Source: Candidatus Bathyarchaeota archaeon
GTDB taxonomy: Archaea; Thermoproteota; Bathyarchaeia; Bathyarchaeales; Bathycorpusculaceae
Direction of reading: 5' to 3'
Length of the DNA stretch: 64,000 nucleotides
Assembly: GCA_963702095.1 (NCBI GenBank)
Contig: OY969706.1
Span: forward strand, 1,632,001-1,696,000
In this document: piece after piece, positions 38,701 to 48,536 of the stretch
Position numbering within the stretch: position 1 is the first letter of the stretch
Layout: each line of letters starts with the position of its first letter
Translations under genes and position numbers: made by a program
The notes under the pieces: model-generated
The model's input: the letters and a program-made list of their open reading frames with translations, nothing else
Database searches by the model: none
Told to the model about the DNA's origin: nothing

Positions 38701-41280
38701 TCAACCAAACAGCTTTTTCAATGCGTTCCAGCGGTTACCTGAAGCCTGTACAACTCCATTGGCAGGCTCGCTTAAGTTTAGTTGCCGTTTCCTCCTTACG
38801 CCGTAAAATCTAAACACCATTAGTGCAATCAAAAGGGTGACCAAGCTGATAATTACTGTTTCTAAAATCATGCTCAGGCTTGTGGCTTGCTCAGTTACTG
38901 TTAGAACCGCAGTGTCAGTCAGTCCATTGTATGTTGCTACAACGTTGTAAGAGCCTGCATTGGTTGCTTTAACTGTGTTGCCCTCCATGGGAGCGCCGAC
39001 AAAGTCAAAGTTAGTGAACGAAGTTACGTCGCCTAAACTGTTGCCTAATTGGTCATAAGCTGTGGTTGTAAAGCTTTGTGTTTCTCCTGCTCTAACGGTC
39101 GCTGTTTTTGGACTAATTACTATGTGGTCAACTGTTGAACTAGCACTTACCGTCAAGCTTGCCGTGCCTGCTATATTATCTAGTGTTGCCCTCACAGTCC
39201 ACGCACCGGCATTGGCAGAAGTGTACTTACCGGTGCCTTGACTCCAAGAACCGCCTGCAGCCACATCAATACTCCAAGTGACCTGACCGGTAACAATCCA
39301 AGTGTTGTGACCGTCTGACGCCAAAGCCTCAAATATCTGAGACACGCCCGCAATGATTGATGTTGACTTGGGTGACACTGTGATTGATGTGATGGCTCCA
39401 TGCGGAGTTGTGGTTGAAGTTTGCCCATTCACGTTTAGCATTGCGGTATCAGATTTTCCGCCGTATGTTCCTGTGATAGTGTATATGCCCTTTACGTTGG
39501 AGTGGGCAGAGTTGCCAGAAATGATAACGTTAGAGTCTGGACAGCTATAGACTGCATCGACTGACCAATTGTTACCGCATGTGTCAAATGCAGTAGCGAT
39601 GTAATTCTGTGCAACGCCTTGATTAACTGTCACGATTTTCGGAGCTATAACGATGTAGTCAAGGTAAGCCGCATCTGTAGCATGAGTAACGGTAAGATCG
39701 ACGGTGGCGGTTTTGCCATTATAAGATGCGTGTATGGTGTAGGTGCCGACTGTGTGGGATGTGTAAATGTTACCAGTCCAGAGACCCCCGTCGCCTCCAG
39801 AGGGGATACTCCAATCTGCCAAGCTGCTTATGTCCCAGCTATTGCCAAACGAGTCGTATGCCATGGCAATGCCAGCAACATCATGTGGTGCAGCAACAGT
39901 AGTTTGGTTCAAAGAAGCAGTTATGTGGTCCAGATGTTCAACGTCGGCTGCATGGGTAACTGTCAAACTAGCCATGGCGGTTTTACCGTTGTATGAAGCT
40001 TCCACAGTGTAGTCGCCAGCGTTCTTTGATGTGTAAATATTCTGTGCCCAAACACCTCCGTCGCCTCCTGCTGGAATACTCCAAGTTGCCAGATTGCTAA
40101 CATCCCAACTGTTTCCGAATTGGTCGTAGGCTGTAGCTTGTCCTGTGACTTGGTCGGGGGCAGTCACGGTTGTGGGGTCTATTGAGGCAACTATGTGGTC
40201 TAAATATGAGTCGTCGGATGCATGTGTTACTGTCAAGTCGGTGTTTGCGGTCTTGCCACCATAAGAGGCTTCTACTGTGTAGGTTCCTGCTTTGCTTGAA
40301 GTGTAAACATTCTGTTGCCAGGAGCCGCCGTCATTACCCGCGGGTATGCTCCAAGTGGCGTCTGTGCTTATGTCCCAACTGTTTCCGAGGGTATCAAAGG
40401 CGGTAGCTGTGCCAGTAACCGTGTTGGGAGCAGTTACCGTGGTTGGATCTACTGAGGCGGTAATGTAATCTAATTGTTCTTCATCTGTCGCGTGTGTAAC
40501 GGTCAAACTTGTAGAGGCTGATTTGTCTCCGTAAGTTGCCTGCACGGTGTAGACGCCTGCAGTGTTTGGTGTGTAGATGTTCTGTAGCCAAGTGCCGCCA
40601 TCGTTACCTGCAGGAATGCTCCAGACAGCGCCGGTGCTGATGTCCCAGCTATTGCCGTAAATGTCATACGCTGTAGCTGTTCCTGTAACAGCGTTTGGGG
40701 CCTCAACGGCCGTTGGATCAAGAGAAGCAGTGATGTGATCAAGCGTCTCGGGGTTATCACTACCAACAACGACTAAGGTAGCAGTATCGCTCCGTCCATG
40801 ATAAGTAGCAGTCACCAACCATGTCCCCGTATTGTTGACTTGTACAGAACTGCCTGTCCAAGCATAAATTCCGGCACTGCCGTTGATACTCCAAACTATG
40901 CCATTAGAGCAAGATATGTCCCGGCAGTTGCCATAGGCGCTATAAGCAATGGCTTTGTACTCCTGGGACTGCCCGGCCATAATCGTCGCGGTTTTTGGGG
41001 TGATACTAATGTGGTCTATGCAGACACAAAGAGGATTGCGAGTAGAGGGGTGATTGAGACAGCAATAGAGCAGGTTAAAGAATCTAGTAATAAAAAAGTT
41101 TGAGCTAGAGAAATTAGGCAACTCGTAATTTGAAGGGATGATAGAGTGTTGAGTTTGGTAATCGTATACGTTTGGGGCTGATACTGTTGTTAAGTCACCC
41201 TTTATTGGACTTGCAGAAACAAACAGTTGAATGAAGATCACTGAAATGACGGTTATTGCAAAGATAGTTGATTTCTTCAA
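38701..41280 (-). CDS. Large surface protein with Ig-like (Big_2-type) tandem domains
   Basis: Signal peptide, repeated ISPK..T..AG..Q.F.A.AYD..GN modules, and a C-terminal TM with RRKR. Confidence 0.75.
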   Translation of the reverse strand: MKKSTIFAITVISVIFIQLFVSASPIKGDLTTVSAPNVYDYQTQHSIIPSNYELPNFSSSNFFITRFFNLLYCCLNHPSTRNPLCVCIDHISITPKTATIMAGQSQEYKAIAYSAYGNCRDISCSNGIVWSINGSAGIYAWTGSSVQVNNTGTWLVTATYHGRSDTATLVVVGSDNPETLDHITASLDPTAVEAPNAVTGTATAYDIYGNSWDISTGAVWSIPAGNDGGTWLQNIYTPNTAGVYTVQATYGDKSASTSLTVTHATDEEQLDYITASVDPTTVTAPNTVTGTATAFDTLGNSWDISTDATWSIPAGNDGGSWQQNVYTSSKAGTYTVEASYGGKTANTDLTVTHASDDSYLDHIVASIDPTTVTAPDQVTGQATAYDQFGNSWDVSNLATWSIPAGGDGGVWAQNIYTSKNAGDYTVEASYNGKTAMASLTVTHAADVEHLDHITASLNQTTVAAPHDVAGIAMAYDSFGNSWDISSLADWSIPSGGDGGLWTGNIYTSHTVGTYTIHASYNGKTATVDLTVTHATDAAYLDYIVIAPKIVTVNQGVAQNYIATAFDTCGNNWSVDAVYSCPDSNVIISGNSAHSNVKGIYTITGTYGGKSDTAMLNVNGQTSTTTPHGAITSITVSPKSTSIIAGVSQIFEALASDGHNTWIVTGQVTWSIDVAAGGSWSQGTGKYTSANAGAWTVRATLDNIAGTASLTVSASSTVDHIVISPKTATVRAGETQSFTTTAYDQLGNSLGDVTSFTNFDFVGAPMEGNTVKATNAGSYNVVATYNGLTDTAVLTVTEQATSLSMILETVIISLVTLLIALMVFRFYGVRRKRQLNLSEPANGVVQASGNRWNALKKLFG
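39661..40743 (-). repeat. Intragenic tandem repeat, four 270-bp (90-aa) units
   Basis: LD(H/Y)I motifs begin at 40743, 40473, 40203, 39933 and 39663. Each of the four full units has AYD..GNSWD.S..A.WSIP.G.DGG.W. Confidence 0.9.
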
Positions 41281-41778
41281 CTTAACACCTCAAACTTGGA
41301 AAGTTTTGTGTTCCAGTGGAGGTTAAGCATCATGGAATAATGTAGGATTGGTTGAACTGCCTTCATTGAACCCTCTCTCCAGTTACTAGATACCAATTCC
41401 TAGTTGTTATCTGATAGTCATTTATAAATATATATACAAGCAATCAGAATAATTCGATTTCAAAATATCATTTGACAGAATTTGTATCAAAAGCTAATTA
41501 TTATATGCAATTTATTGGTTATACAAATAATAATGATCCTAAATCCTTCATTCGTTCAAATCGATCGTAACAAAAAATTACTAAGCGATAGCCCCTTTTT
41601 GGATTCTGTCTACCACTTATTAGTTAAGCTACAATGCTCACCAACTTGAGATGAACCTCTTCTAAAGTAGAGCTATCGCTTTTAAGATAACCATTTTGGC
41701 ACATGCTCATGCTTATATTTACAAAAATCTTAAGTGTAAAAAAGATAATCACTATGACGCAGGTGGGAAGAGGGAGAA

Positions 41779-42711
41779 ATGAGTAGCTTAAAACAAACGG
41801 TTGATAGACTAAAAACTCTGGAAGCAGAAAAACTTAACCTATTAACGCAAGTTGAAGACCTCAAAAAAATAGCTGAGGCAAAAGCCAATTCTTTAGAGAG
41901 TGAAATTGCAGCTCTAAGAGAAGAAGTATCCTCGCTGCACTCTTTGATGGGAACGGAAAAAACGCCACTAAACCCTATCACAGAAAAAGACTTGGCGATT
42001 CAAGCGTCCGCGGAGAAATTTTTAACCGAAGCCGATCGAATAGGAAATCAGGTTCTTACAGAACCACCTATCGATCAAAACTTCGATACTTGGCTCAGTG
42101 AAGCCCGGAAAATCGTTTCTGACTTCGAAGCAAGCTATGGGAATATGATTGATGAACAATTTGGAGATGATTGCTCGCAAATCTTTCTTAATCTTGAGAG
42201 TATTCTAACCAAGAAAAAAGCTGAGGAAGCAAATGCAGGCGAAATCACTCAGGCCCTAGCTGAGAACAACCGTCTCCTCGAGGAGATTACAAGAGAATAC
42301 ACCGAAAACGAACACGCACTTGCCCTCAAACGCGATGAAGAGACTCAGCGGCTAACAAGGCACATTCAGGAGCTAGAGAGTGAGATTGAGAAACAAGAAA
42401 AAGACAATGGCAAACGAAAGCTCCTAAAAAAGAAGACGGAGGATAAGCTGCCGCAGGCAAGACAGGACCTCAAGGTTGCACAGAAAGAAGTTGAGGCCAT
42501 ACAGCAGAATTTCTTAAATGAACAAGAGAAAATGCACTCTACCTACGAAAACAGAAGGCACGAATATACGTTGCAAACAGAGCGTTTGGGTAAAGAGTTG
42601 GCAGAATTAAAAACCGATATATCTTTGGAGGAAAGGCAGGAGGCAGCTAAAGCGTTGGCAAACGCCGTAAACGCGTTGGTCGAGAGGACTTCCTCAGGTG
42701 CTCATACGTAG
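41779..42711 (+). CDS. Coiled-coil protein
   Basis: E/K/Q/L-rich heptad pattern throughout, with GGAG RBS upstream. Confidence 0.65.
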   Translation: MSSLKQTVDRLKTLEAEKLNLLTQVEDLKKIAEAKANSLESEIAALREEVSSLHSLMGTEKTPLNPITEKDLAIQASAEKFLTEADRIGNQVLTEPPIDQNFDTWLSEARKIVSDFEASYGNMIDEQFGDDCSQIFLNLESILTKKKAEEANAGEITQALAENNRLLEEITREYTENEHALALKRDEETQRLTRHIQELESEIEKQEKDNGKRKLLKKKTEDKLPQARQDLKVAQKEVEAIQQNFLNEQEKMHSTYENRRHEYTLQTERLGKELAELKTDISLEERQEAAKALANAVNALVERTSSGAHT

Positions 42712-42809
42712 GTGCGGTTGATGGTTAAAACAAAGAAACGCTAACAAAGCTATGGCTGTTACTGGTGAAGTTGCAGGTAAAGAGTGTATGACAGCGATGA
42801 GGTGGAGCC

Positions 42810-43526
42810 ATGAAAAGCGACTATACAGAGTATAATCTTAAACACGGCGTTGAAAGAATCAATCAAATAATTGAGACTCCAGACTCTAAATACGAAGAAC
42901 TTGAGAAACTTCCCACTCGCGACGCACTAACATACACCAACGGATTCCACGTTAAATGCGCAGCACTTTTTGTAGAGATTCGCGATGCAACTGAACTACC
43001 AAATTTGCATAAGAATAATCGTCTTGCTAAACTCTACAGAACCTGCCTATCCGAAGTTACCGCTGTCATGAATGGCAACCCCAAATGTGCTGAAATAAAT
43101 ATAGCTGGAACATGCATTTCAGGTTTCTTTGATGCACCGTGGCAAGATGACCTCAACGATGTCTTCTCTACTGCTGGAAAAATATCTTCGATTGTTAGGA
43201 TAATAAACCAAAGATTTAGCGGCAACCCGATTCAAATAGGAATTGGGCTTTCATACGGAAAAGCCCTCCTCGTTAAGTTAGGCTACAAAGGCACCAAACT
43301 CAGCGAGGTTCTTTGGACTGGAGATGTTGTCAGCGAAACTTCAAGGCTTGCAAGTTATGGAAACAAGGAACCCACAGATAGGGAGACCATGGTTTCAGAA
43401 ATTGTATACCATAACCTCGGTGATGAAAACAAAAAACTCTTGGAGTTTAACTCCGCCAGAGACTGCTACCACGGAAGTATAGTAAACAAACATATGAATA
43501 ACTGGTACAAACAAAACTACCCGTAA
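42810..43526 (+). CDS. Class III nucleotide cyclase-like protein (PycC/AGS-C-like) with degenerate active site
   Basis: LTYTNGF..CAALFVEIR, IGIGLSYG..L..K.GYKG, W.GDVV...SRL. The expected FVDIR, GD and N are replaced by FVEIR, GT and S. Confidence 0.75.
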   Translation: MKSDYTEYNLKHGVERINQIIETPDSKYEELEKLPTRDALTYTNGFHVKCAALFVEIRDATELPNLHKNNRLAKLYRTCLSEVTAVMNGNPKCAEINIAGTCISGFFDAPWQDDLNDVFSTAGKISSIVRIINQRFSGNPIQIGIGLSYGKALLVKLGYKGTKLSEVLWTGDVVSETSRLASYGNKEPTDRETMVSEIVYHNLGDENKKLLEFNSARDCYHGSIVNKHMNNWYKQNYP

Positions 43527-43674
43527 TTTCTACGAACTAACCCTCGGCAAAACAACTGTTTATTGCATTCACGCTTTTCCTGCAGCCTAACCCTATTTAC
43601 CCTATATAGTTTATTGCCAGCGGTCTTAAGTTGTGCAAAACCTCAATTCCACGTAATACCTTAGGTGACTCGCT

Positions 43675-44013
43675 CTGTCTCAGTCAAGGCTTGAGAAATA
43701 CGTTGAAATCCTCAAAGCGTTAGCCCAAAATGGCCCGCTAAAGAACGACCAAGTCGCTTCAAAAAGTCAAATAGACGTAGAAGAAACTAAACTGCACCTA
43801 AACTTTTTGGGGCAAAAGGACTTAGTCGAATATAAAACAACAAGTCAAAGACCAGTGTACTCGGTGACTCGACGGGGAATAGCGGTGCTTATGCATTTCA
43901 ACGAACTCGCAGTTGAAGCCTCTTTCGGAAGCAAAGTTATTTCCGGGGTTTCACTTCGTTATTCTGCTTTAACCCCACCACAACATCCGCGGGCAAATCA
44001 TGTTCAACCATAA
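43675..44013 (+). CDS. Winged-helix DNA-binding protein, probable CTG start
   Basis: Frame extends to CTG 43675 after AGGTGA: (M)SQSRLEKYVEILKALAQNGPL...HLNFL...LVE...YSVTRRG, a common archaeal wHTH pattern. The 3' end overlaps glmU convergently. Confidence 0.7.
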   Translation: MSQSRLEKYVEILKALAQNGPLKNDQVASKSQIDVEETKLHLNFLGQKDLVEYKTTSQRPVYSVTRRGIAVLMHFNELAVEASFGSKVISGVSLRYSALTPPQHPRANHVQP

Positions 44014-45214
44014 AGTTCGCGCCGACCCACGTGTTCGCACCCACCTTGACACCCGGCATGAACAAGGCTTTGATGCCTGTTTTAACGTTGTCGCCCAAGA
44101 TTGCGCCAAGCTTGCGTCTACCCGTATCGACAACTATGTCTTTTATACGCATCTTGATTTTGCCGTCGTCAAAACGCAAGTTCGCAGTTATGGTGCCTGC
44201 GCCAAGGTTGCAGTTCTCGCCAAAGATGCTGTCGCCAACATAGCTCAGGTGACCCACATGTGTGCCGTCCATTATGATACTGTTTTTTATTTCCACGGCG
44301 TTGCCGACGCGGGTTTTTTTGCCCAGGCTTGTGCCGCTACGGATGTAACAGTTGGGGCCGACGTCAGCTTCTTGGTCGATGAAAACTGGGCCTTCAATGT
44401 AGGCGCCTGAGCGGACACGCGCTGTCTCCGCAACGGTGACGGGACCGATTAGGTGTGCGCCTTCTTCAACGACGCCCAAGACTTTGTGATCCATGCGTTT
44501 GAGCGCCCAAACGTTAGCATCCAAGAGGTCCCATGGGCGACCCACGTCAAACCAGTCATCTTTGCATAGCTGCGTTGCCAAGACCGTTTTGCCTTCCTCC
44601 GCAAGCAAGGTTATAGCGTCGGTGAGTTCCCATTCTCCACGCACGGAAGCTTTTGTCTGGCGGATTTTATCGAAAACGTCCTTGTCGAATGCGTAGACGC
44701 CAGCGTTGGCAAGGTTCGAGGGGGGTTTGCCCCGGGCGGGTTTTTCGACGATGCATTTGACTTTGCCGTCTGTGGTCTGCTTGATTATACCATAGTTTTC
44801 GGGGCGGTCAACAGGTACGACGCCCATCACGGCTGCAGTTTTGCCGCTTTCAAACTTGGAGAGAACTTCTTTGACGGCGTCCTGCCCAAACAACAAATCC
44901 CCATAAATTAATACAAAGTCGCCGTCGAGGTAGGGTTCCGCTATGCCCGCGGCGTTTCCCGTGCCCAAGATTTTAAGTTGCTCCACATAGGTGATTTTGA
45001 GCCCCAGCGCTGAACCGTCGCCGAAGTAGCTGCGGATTGCCCCGCCCATGTAGTGGGTGACAACGATTGCCTCGTCGATGCCCGCATACTTAACCGCTTC
45101 CAAGCAAAACTGAAGTATAGATTTGCCGCCCACTTTCAATAGGTGCTTTGGACGTGTCGCTGTTAGGGGTTGGAGCCTCTCGCCTGCGCCTGCCGCTAGC
45201 AATACCGCTTTCAT
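43937..45214 (-). CDS. glmU: Bifunctional sugar-1-phosphate nucleotidylyltransferase/acetyltransferase (archaeal GlmU)
   Basis: Start reassigned to MKAVLLAAGAGERL..LT..RPK (ATGA overlap with glmM). Hexapeptide LbH domain with HLSYVGDS. Confidence 0.9.
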   Translation of the reverse strand: MKAVLLAAGAGERLQPLTATRPKHLLKVGGKSILQFCLEAVKYAGIDEAIVVTHYMGGAIRSYFGDGSALGLKITYVEQLKILGTGNAAGIAEPYLDGDFVLIYGDLLFGQDAVKEVLSKFESGKTAAVMGVVPVDRPENYGIIKQTTDGKVKCIVEKPARGKPPSNLANAGVYAFDKDVFDKIRQTKASVRGEWELTDAITLLAEEGKTVLATQLCKDDWFDVGRPWDLLDANVWALKRMDHKVLGVVEEGAHLIGPVTVAETARVRSGAYIEGPVFIDQEADVGPNCYIRSGTSLGKKTRVGNAVEIKNSIIMDGTHVGHLSYVGDSIFGENCNLGAGTITANLRFDDGKIKMRIKDIVVDTGRRKLGAILGDNVKTGIKALFMPGVKVGANTWVGANFMVEHDLPADVVVGLKQNNEVKPRK

Positions 45215-46572
45215 TTTTGTGCCTCGATTTGTTTGTTGACTAGTGCTGTTACTTTTGCGGTTATATCTTTTGCCGCCTGCTCTGATTCGCCCTCCACTGT
45301 TAAGCGGATAAGAGGTTCGGTGCCTGAAGCCCGCACCAACATCCACCCATTCTTCAACGCCAAACGGGCGCCGTCGACTGTGGAGTAATCTGTGTAATTT
45401 GGAAACGCCTCTTTTAGCGTTTTCCTAAGTTGCTCAATCAACTTGTATTTCACTTCGTTCTTGCAGGCGAAATTAACACGTTTTGTTATGTACTGTGGGA
45501 CTTCACCGACGAATTCTGAAACAGTTTTGCCCTCTGCCTCCAACGCAGCAAGAAACATTACGGCTGAGAGTGGACCATCGGGACAGAGGTGCTGTTGAGG
45601 CTGTATCCATGCGCCACAGGGTTCGCCGCCGAAGACGGCACCGTTTTGCTCTATAGCTTCAGAAACGTAGATGTCGCCGACCCGTGTCCGCGCCACTTTG
45701 CCCGCGTATTTCTCCGCCATTGTTTCCACAGCCATAGATGCTTCGATGGTGGTCACGATGACTCCACCGCCGACACGTTTTAGGGTGTAAGCGCTGTAAG
45801 CGGCGAGTGAACGGTCGAAATCTACAAAAACCCCGTTTTCATCGACAAAGGCTACTCGGTCTGCATCACCATCAAAGGCTATGCCTATGTCGGCGCCCAA
45901 TGCTTTGACAGTGTTTGATAGGGTGATGAGTGATTCGGCGTTTGGTTCGGATTTGCGTGCGGGGAAATATCCGTCGGGTTGAGCGTTGAGGGCGGTTACT
46001 TTGCAGCCTAATGCACTGAGCAGTTTTGGGGCAACGCTGAAGGCTGCGCCGCATCCGGGGTCAACTACGACTTTCCAGTTTTTTTTAAGCGAAACTGCAT
46101 TTTGCGCCATTTCCATGTAAACTTTTGCGGCATCAACATCCGCTGTGGTGCCCAGTGCACGCCAATCAGCCAACGCAAAATGGTCCTGAGCAACAATCAT
46201 CTCCACTGCGTCTTGGTCTGCGTCGGTGTAGGATAGGGCATTGTTGTTGAATACTTTTATGCCGTTGTAGGGGGGCGGGTTGTGCGATGCAGTAAGCATG
46301 AAACCCACGTCGGCACCGAATACTTTGGCAGCGTAGGCACAGACGGGTGTTGGAACCATGCCTGCGAGCAATACGTCGACGCCGCAGGAAAGAAGCCCCG
46401 AAACCAGAGCTGCCTCAATCATGCCGCCAGAGACCCGTGTATCCCTTGCCACCAGAGCCTTCTTTGCTTTTGCATGTGTAGCCACTGCTGAAGCAACTTT
46501 GCAAGCTAAAATCGGGGTTAAATCACTGTTTACTAATCCGCGTACGCCTGAACTTCCGAACAGTTTAGCCAT
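45211..46572 (-). CDS. glmM: Phosphoglucosamine mutase / phosphohexomutase
   Basis: LFGSSGVRG, TASHNP, DGDADR, GGE and RASGTEP motifs. Confidence 0.9.
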   Translation of the reverse strand: MAKLFGSSGVRGLVNSDLTPILACKVASAVATHAKAKKALVARDTRVSGGMIEAALVSGLLSCGVDVLLAGMVPTPVCAYAAKVFGADVGFMLTASHNPPPYNGIKVFNNNALSYTDADQDAVEMIVAQDHFALADWRALGTTADVDAAKVYMEMAQNAVSLKKNWKVVVDPGCGAAFSVAPKLLSALGCKVTALNAQPDGYFPARKSEPNAESLITLSNTVKALGADIGIAFDGDADRVAFVDENGVFVDFDRSLAAYSAYTLKRVGGGVIVTTIEASMAVETMAEKYAGKVARTRVGDIYVSEAIEQNGAVFGGEPCGAWIQPQQHLCPDGPLSAVMFLAALEAEGKTVSEFVGEVPQYITKRVNFACKNEVKYKLIEQLRKTLKEAFPNYTDYSTVDGARLALKNGWMLVRASGTEPLIRLTVEGESEQAAKDITAKVTALVNKQIEAQK

Positions 46573-46644
46573 CTTAATGACCTTCTATTGCAAAGGTAAG
46601 GGGCAAGGTTGCCTTAAAACAATTTGGGCATAAAAAATAGGCAA

Positions 46645-47124
46645 CTACAACTTTAGGGCTGCTTCAAGCCGTTTGGGGTTCAAAAGAAGGTCTAAGCCGT
46701 CAACGATGTCACTGATGCATACATCGGCTGCCAGCAACGCTTCCACCGCGCAGCCTTCTCTGCCCACCACCGCTACTCCCAGCCGAGCAGTCTTTAGCAT
46801 GCGCCTATCGTTGCGTCCGTTCCCGTAAGCAACAACTGTGTTGGCTTCTAAAGCGTTGATGTAGGCTACTTTCTGTTTATCCATCTCAGAAGCCTCCAAG
46901 ATTTTAACTTCACATGGCACATCTGCAAGTTCAGCGCGGGCAGTGCCAAACGTGTCAGCGGTTAACATGTGAATTCTGAGGTGCTCGGCGAGTTCAGCGA
47001 GTTTTGCTTTTACCTGCGGTAAGACTTTGCCGTCGAAGGTGAGTGTGCCATTGTAATCTAAGACTAGATGCTCAAGTTGCAGCAGACCAAAATTGGGGAT
47101 GCGGATTTCAAGCAAGCGATTCAC
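46645..47124 (-). CDS. HAD-family hydrolase (soluble P-type ATPase-like)
   Basis: DYNGT, TADTFG and GNGRND motifs. Start reassigned to GTG 47124 (approximate). Confidence 0.85.
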   Translation of the reverse strand: MNRLLEIRIPNFGLLQLEHLVLDYNGTLTFDGKVLPQVKAKLAELAEHLRIHMLTADTFGTARAELADVPCEVKILEASEMDKQKVAYINALEANTVVAYGNGRNDRRMLKTARLGVAVVGREGCAVEALLAADVCISDIVDGLDLLLNPKRLEAALKL

Positions 47125-47140
47125 CCGCAAAAAATGGGTG

Positions 47141-48244
47141 CTAGGACTTAAAAACTGCATTGTTCCTTTGTGCGTTAATAAAGCTTGAAAGCAGGCTTTT
47201 TGTGGGGTGCGCACCATCCCTGCCTGAGAGGTAGCTGGCTGAAACCGCATTAGCCAGCATCAAACGGCATTCATCCGAGAGGTGATTGTGGTCGGCTAAG
47301 ATGTTGCCAGCGTTCCAAGCGTCGCCTGCCCCTGTTGCGCGGAGGAGTTCTATCTTGAATGCGGGAACCACAACCTCACGTTTACCCTTCAAGCTAGCAG
47401 AAAAAACCGATGTGTGCAAATCTATTCGCGCTGGAAAGAGACGAGCTAACACCCGCGCGGCTTCTAATGCATAATCTGCGAAGCTGAGTTGGCCTTTTTT
47501 GTCTTTGAAGTCTTCCTCAAGTAAGTTGGCGTAGGTAACGGCTTCGTTTTCGTTTACGCTCAAAATGTCAATTCTGGAGGTTTTTAGCACTTTTTCCAAA
47601 AAAGCCGATATGCCTTGTATATTGGGGGTCGGATCAGCAGTGTCATAGTACGTCTTTCCACCGCCATTGGATTTTGCCCGCTCAAAAACCGCTTGCGCCA
47701 GTGCCGTGCCATGTTTTAGGGTGCCCGCCCAGTTAAAGAGGCAAACATAATCTGCCTTCTCTATCAATTCATAATCCTTTTCGTTTAAATCTGAGGGGCC
47801 GAAATCTGCCAGGGCACCGATGTCTCTTAGCATTACATTGACTTTTTCGTTTAAACCCTTAAATTCCAGGGCAGTGGTTACGGATGCTTTGCCAAGTGTT
47901 TTTACATGTGAAAAATCCATGGAGCTATTCTGGAAATGGTATTTTATGAGTTGGAGACCATATTCGCTTGTACACACGATCGGTGTAACTGTAACTCCTA
48001 GATTTGACAGTGCTGAGGCAGTGTTTATTGAGTTTCCGCCTTTTTGGTCCATCTGGTGAATGCCATCGATGCTGCCGCCCTTACGCTTTATAACTTCACT
48101 GACGGAACCTGAAAACTCAGATAGCCGCCATTCTAAATCTACGATGCGGTCTAAGAAAAAGTCAGGCATAACCACTACGTTGCATTCTTTATGCTTGGAT
48201 GATAGAAACTCCTGTAGCTCCCCTTTGCACTCCTCTAAAGACAT
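47141..48244 (-). CDS. PfkB-family carbohydrate kinase
   Basis: GGNSIN, NENEA and TGAGDAWNAG motifs. Confidence 0.85.
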   Translation of the reverse strand: MSLEECKGELQEFLSSKHKECNVVVMPDFFLDRIVDLEWRLSEFSGSVSEVIKRKGGSIDGIHQMDQKGGNSINTASALSNLGVTVTPIVCTSEYGLQLIKYHFQNSSMDFSHVKTLGKASVTTALEFKGLNEKVNVMLRDIGALADFGPSDLNEKDYELIEKADYVCLFNWAGTLKHGTALAQAVFERAKSNGGGKTYYDTADPTPNIQGISAFLEKVLKTSRIDILSVNENEAVTYANLLEEDFKDKKGQLSFADYALEAARVLARLFPARIDLHTSVFSASLKGKREVVVPAFKIELLRATGAGDAWNAGNILADHNHLSDECRLMLANAVSASYLSGRDGAHPTKSLLSSFINAQRNNAVFKS

Positions 48245-48327
48245 GAAAATGCTCCAGTAGAGTAACTTCCAAAAAGCTAAAATAACCTTTTGATGTGAAT
48301 GGTAATCTTAAAGGGGAGAACAAGGGC

Positions 48328-48528
48328 ATGAAATTTAAAATTGAAGCAACTCTGCTCATTTTGGCTATAATCTTGTTTGCCGTCGCCATGTTCTGTTATT
48401 CATATCACGCCTTAGCCCTGAGCTATCCTTACAGAGGGGTAGCAGTGGCATTCGTCGGCATCGGTTCAGCCTCGATGCTCATGGCTTCGATTTCTTACTC
48501 CAAGAAAACAAAAGATGTTATCTCTTAA
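48328..48528 (+). CDS. Small two-TM membrane protein
   Basis: ATG after a GGGGAG RBS. Two hydrophobic helices flank YPYR. Confidence 0.6.
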   Translation: MKFKIEATLLILAIILFAVAMFCYSYHALALSYPYRGVAVAFVGIGSASMLMASISYSKKTKDVIS

Positions 48529-48536
48529 ACTGCCAC

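Noticed and set aside
42810-43526. Functional Pycsar anti-phage system
   Set aside because: There is no adjacent effector gene and the catalytic residues are substituted. Reported instead as a pseudo-cyclase.
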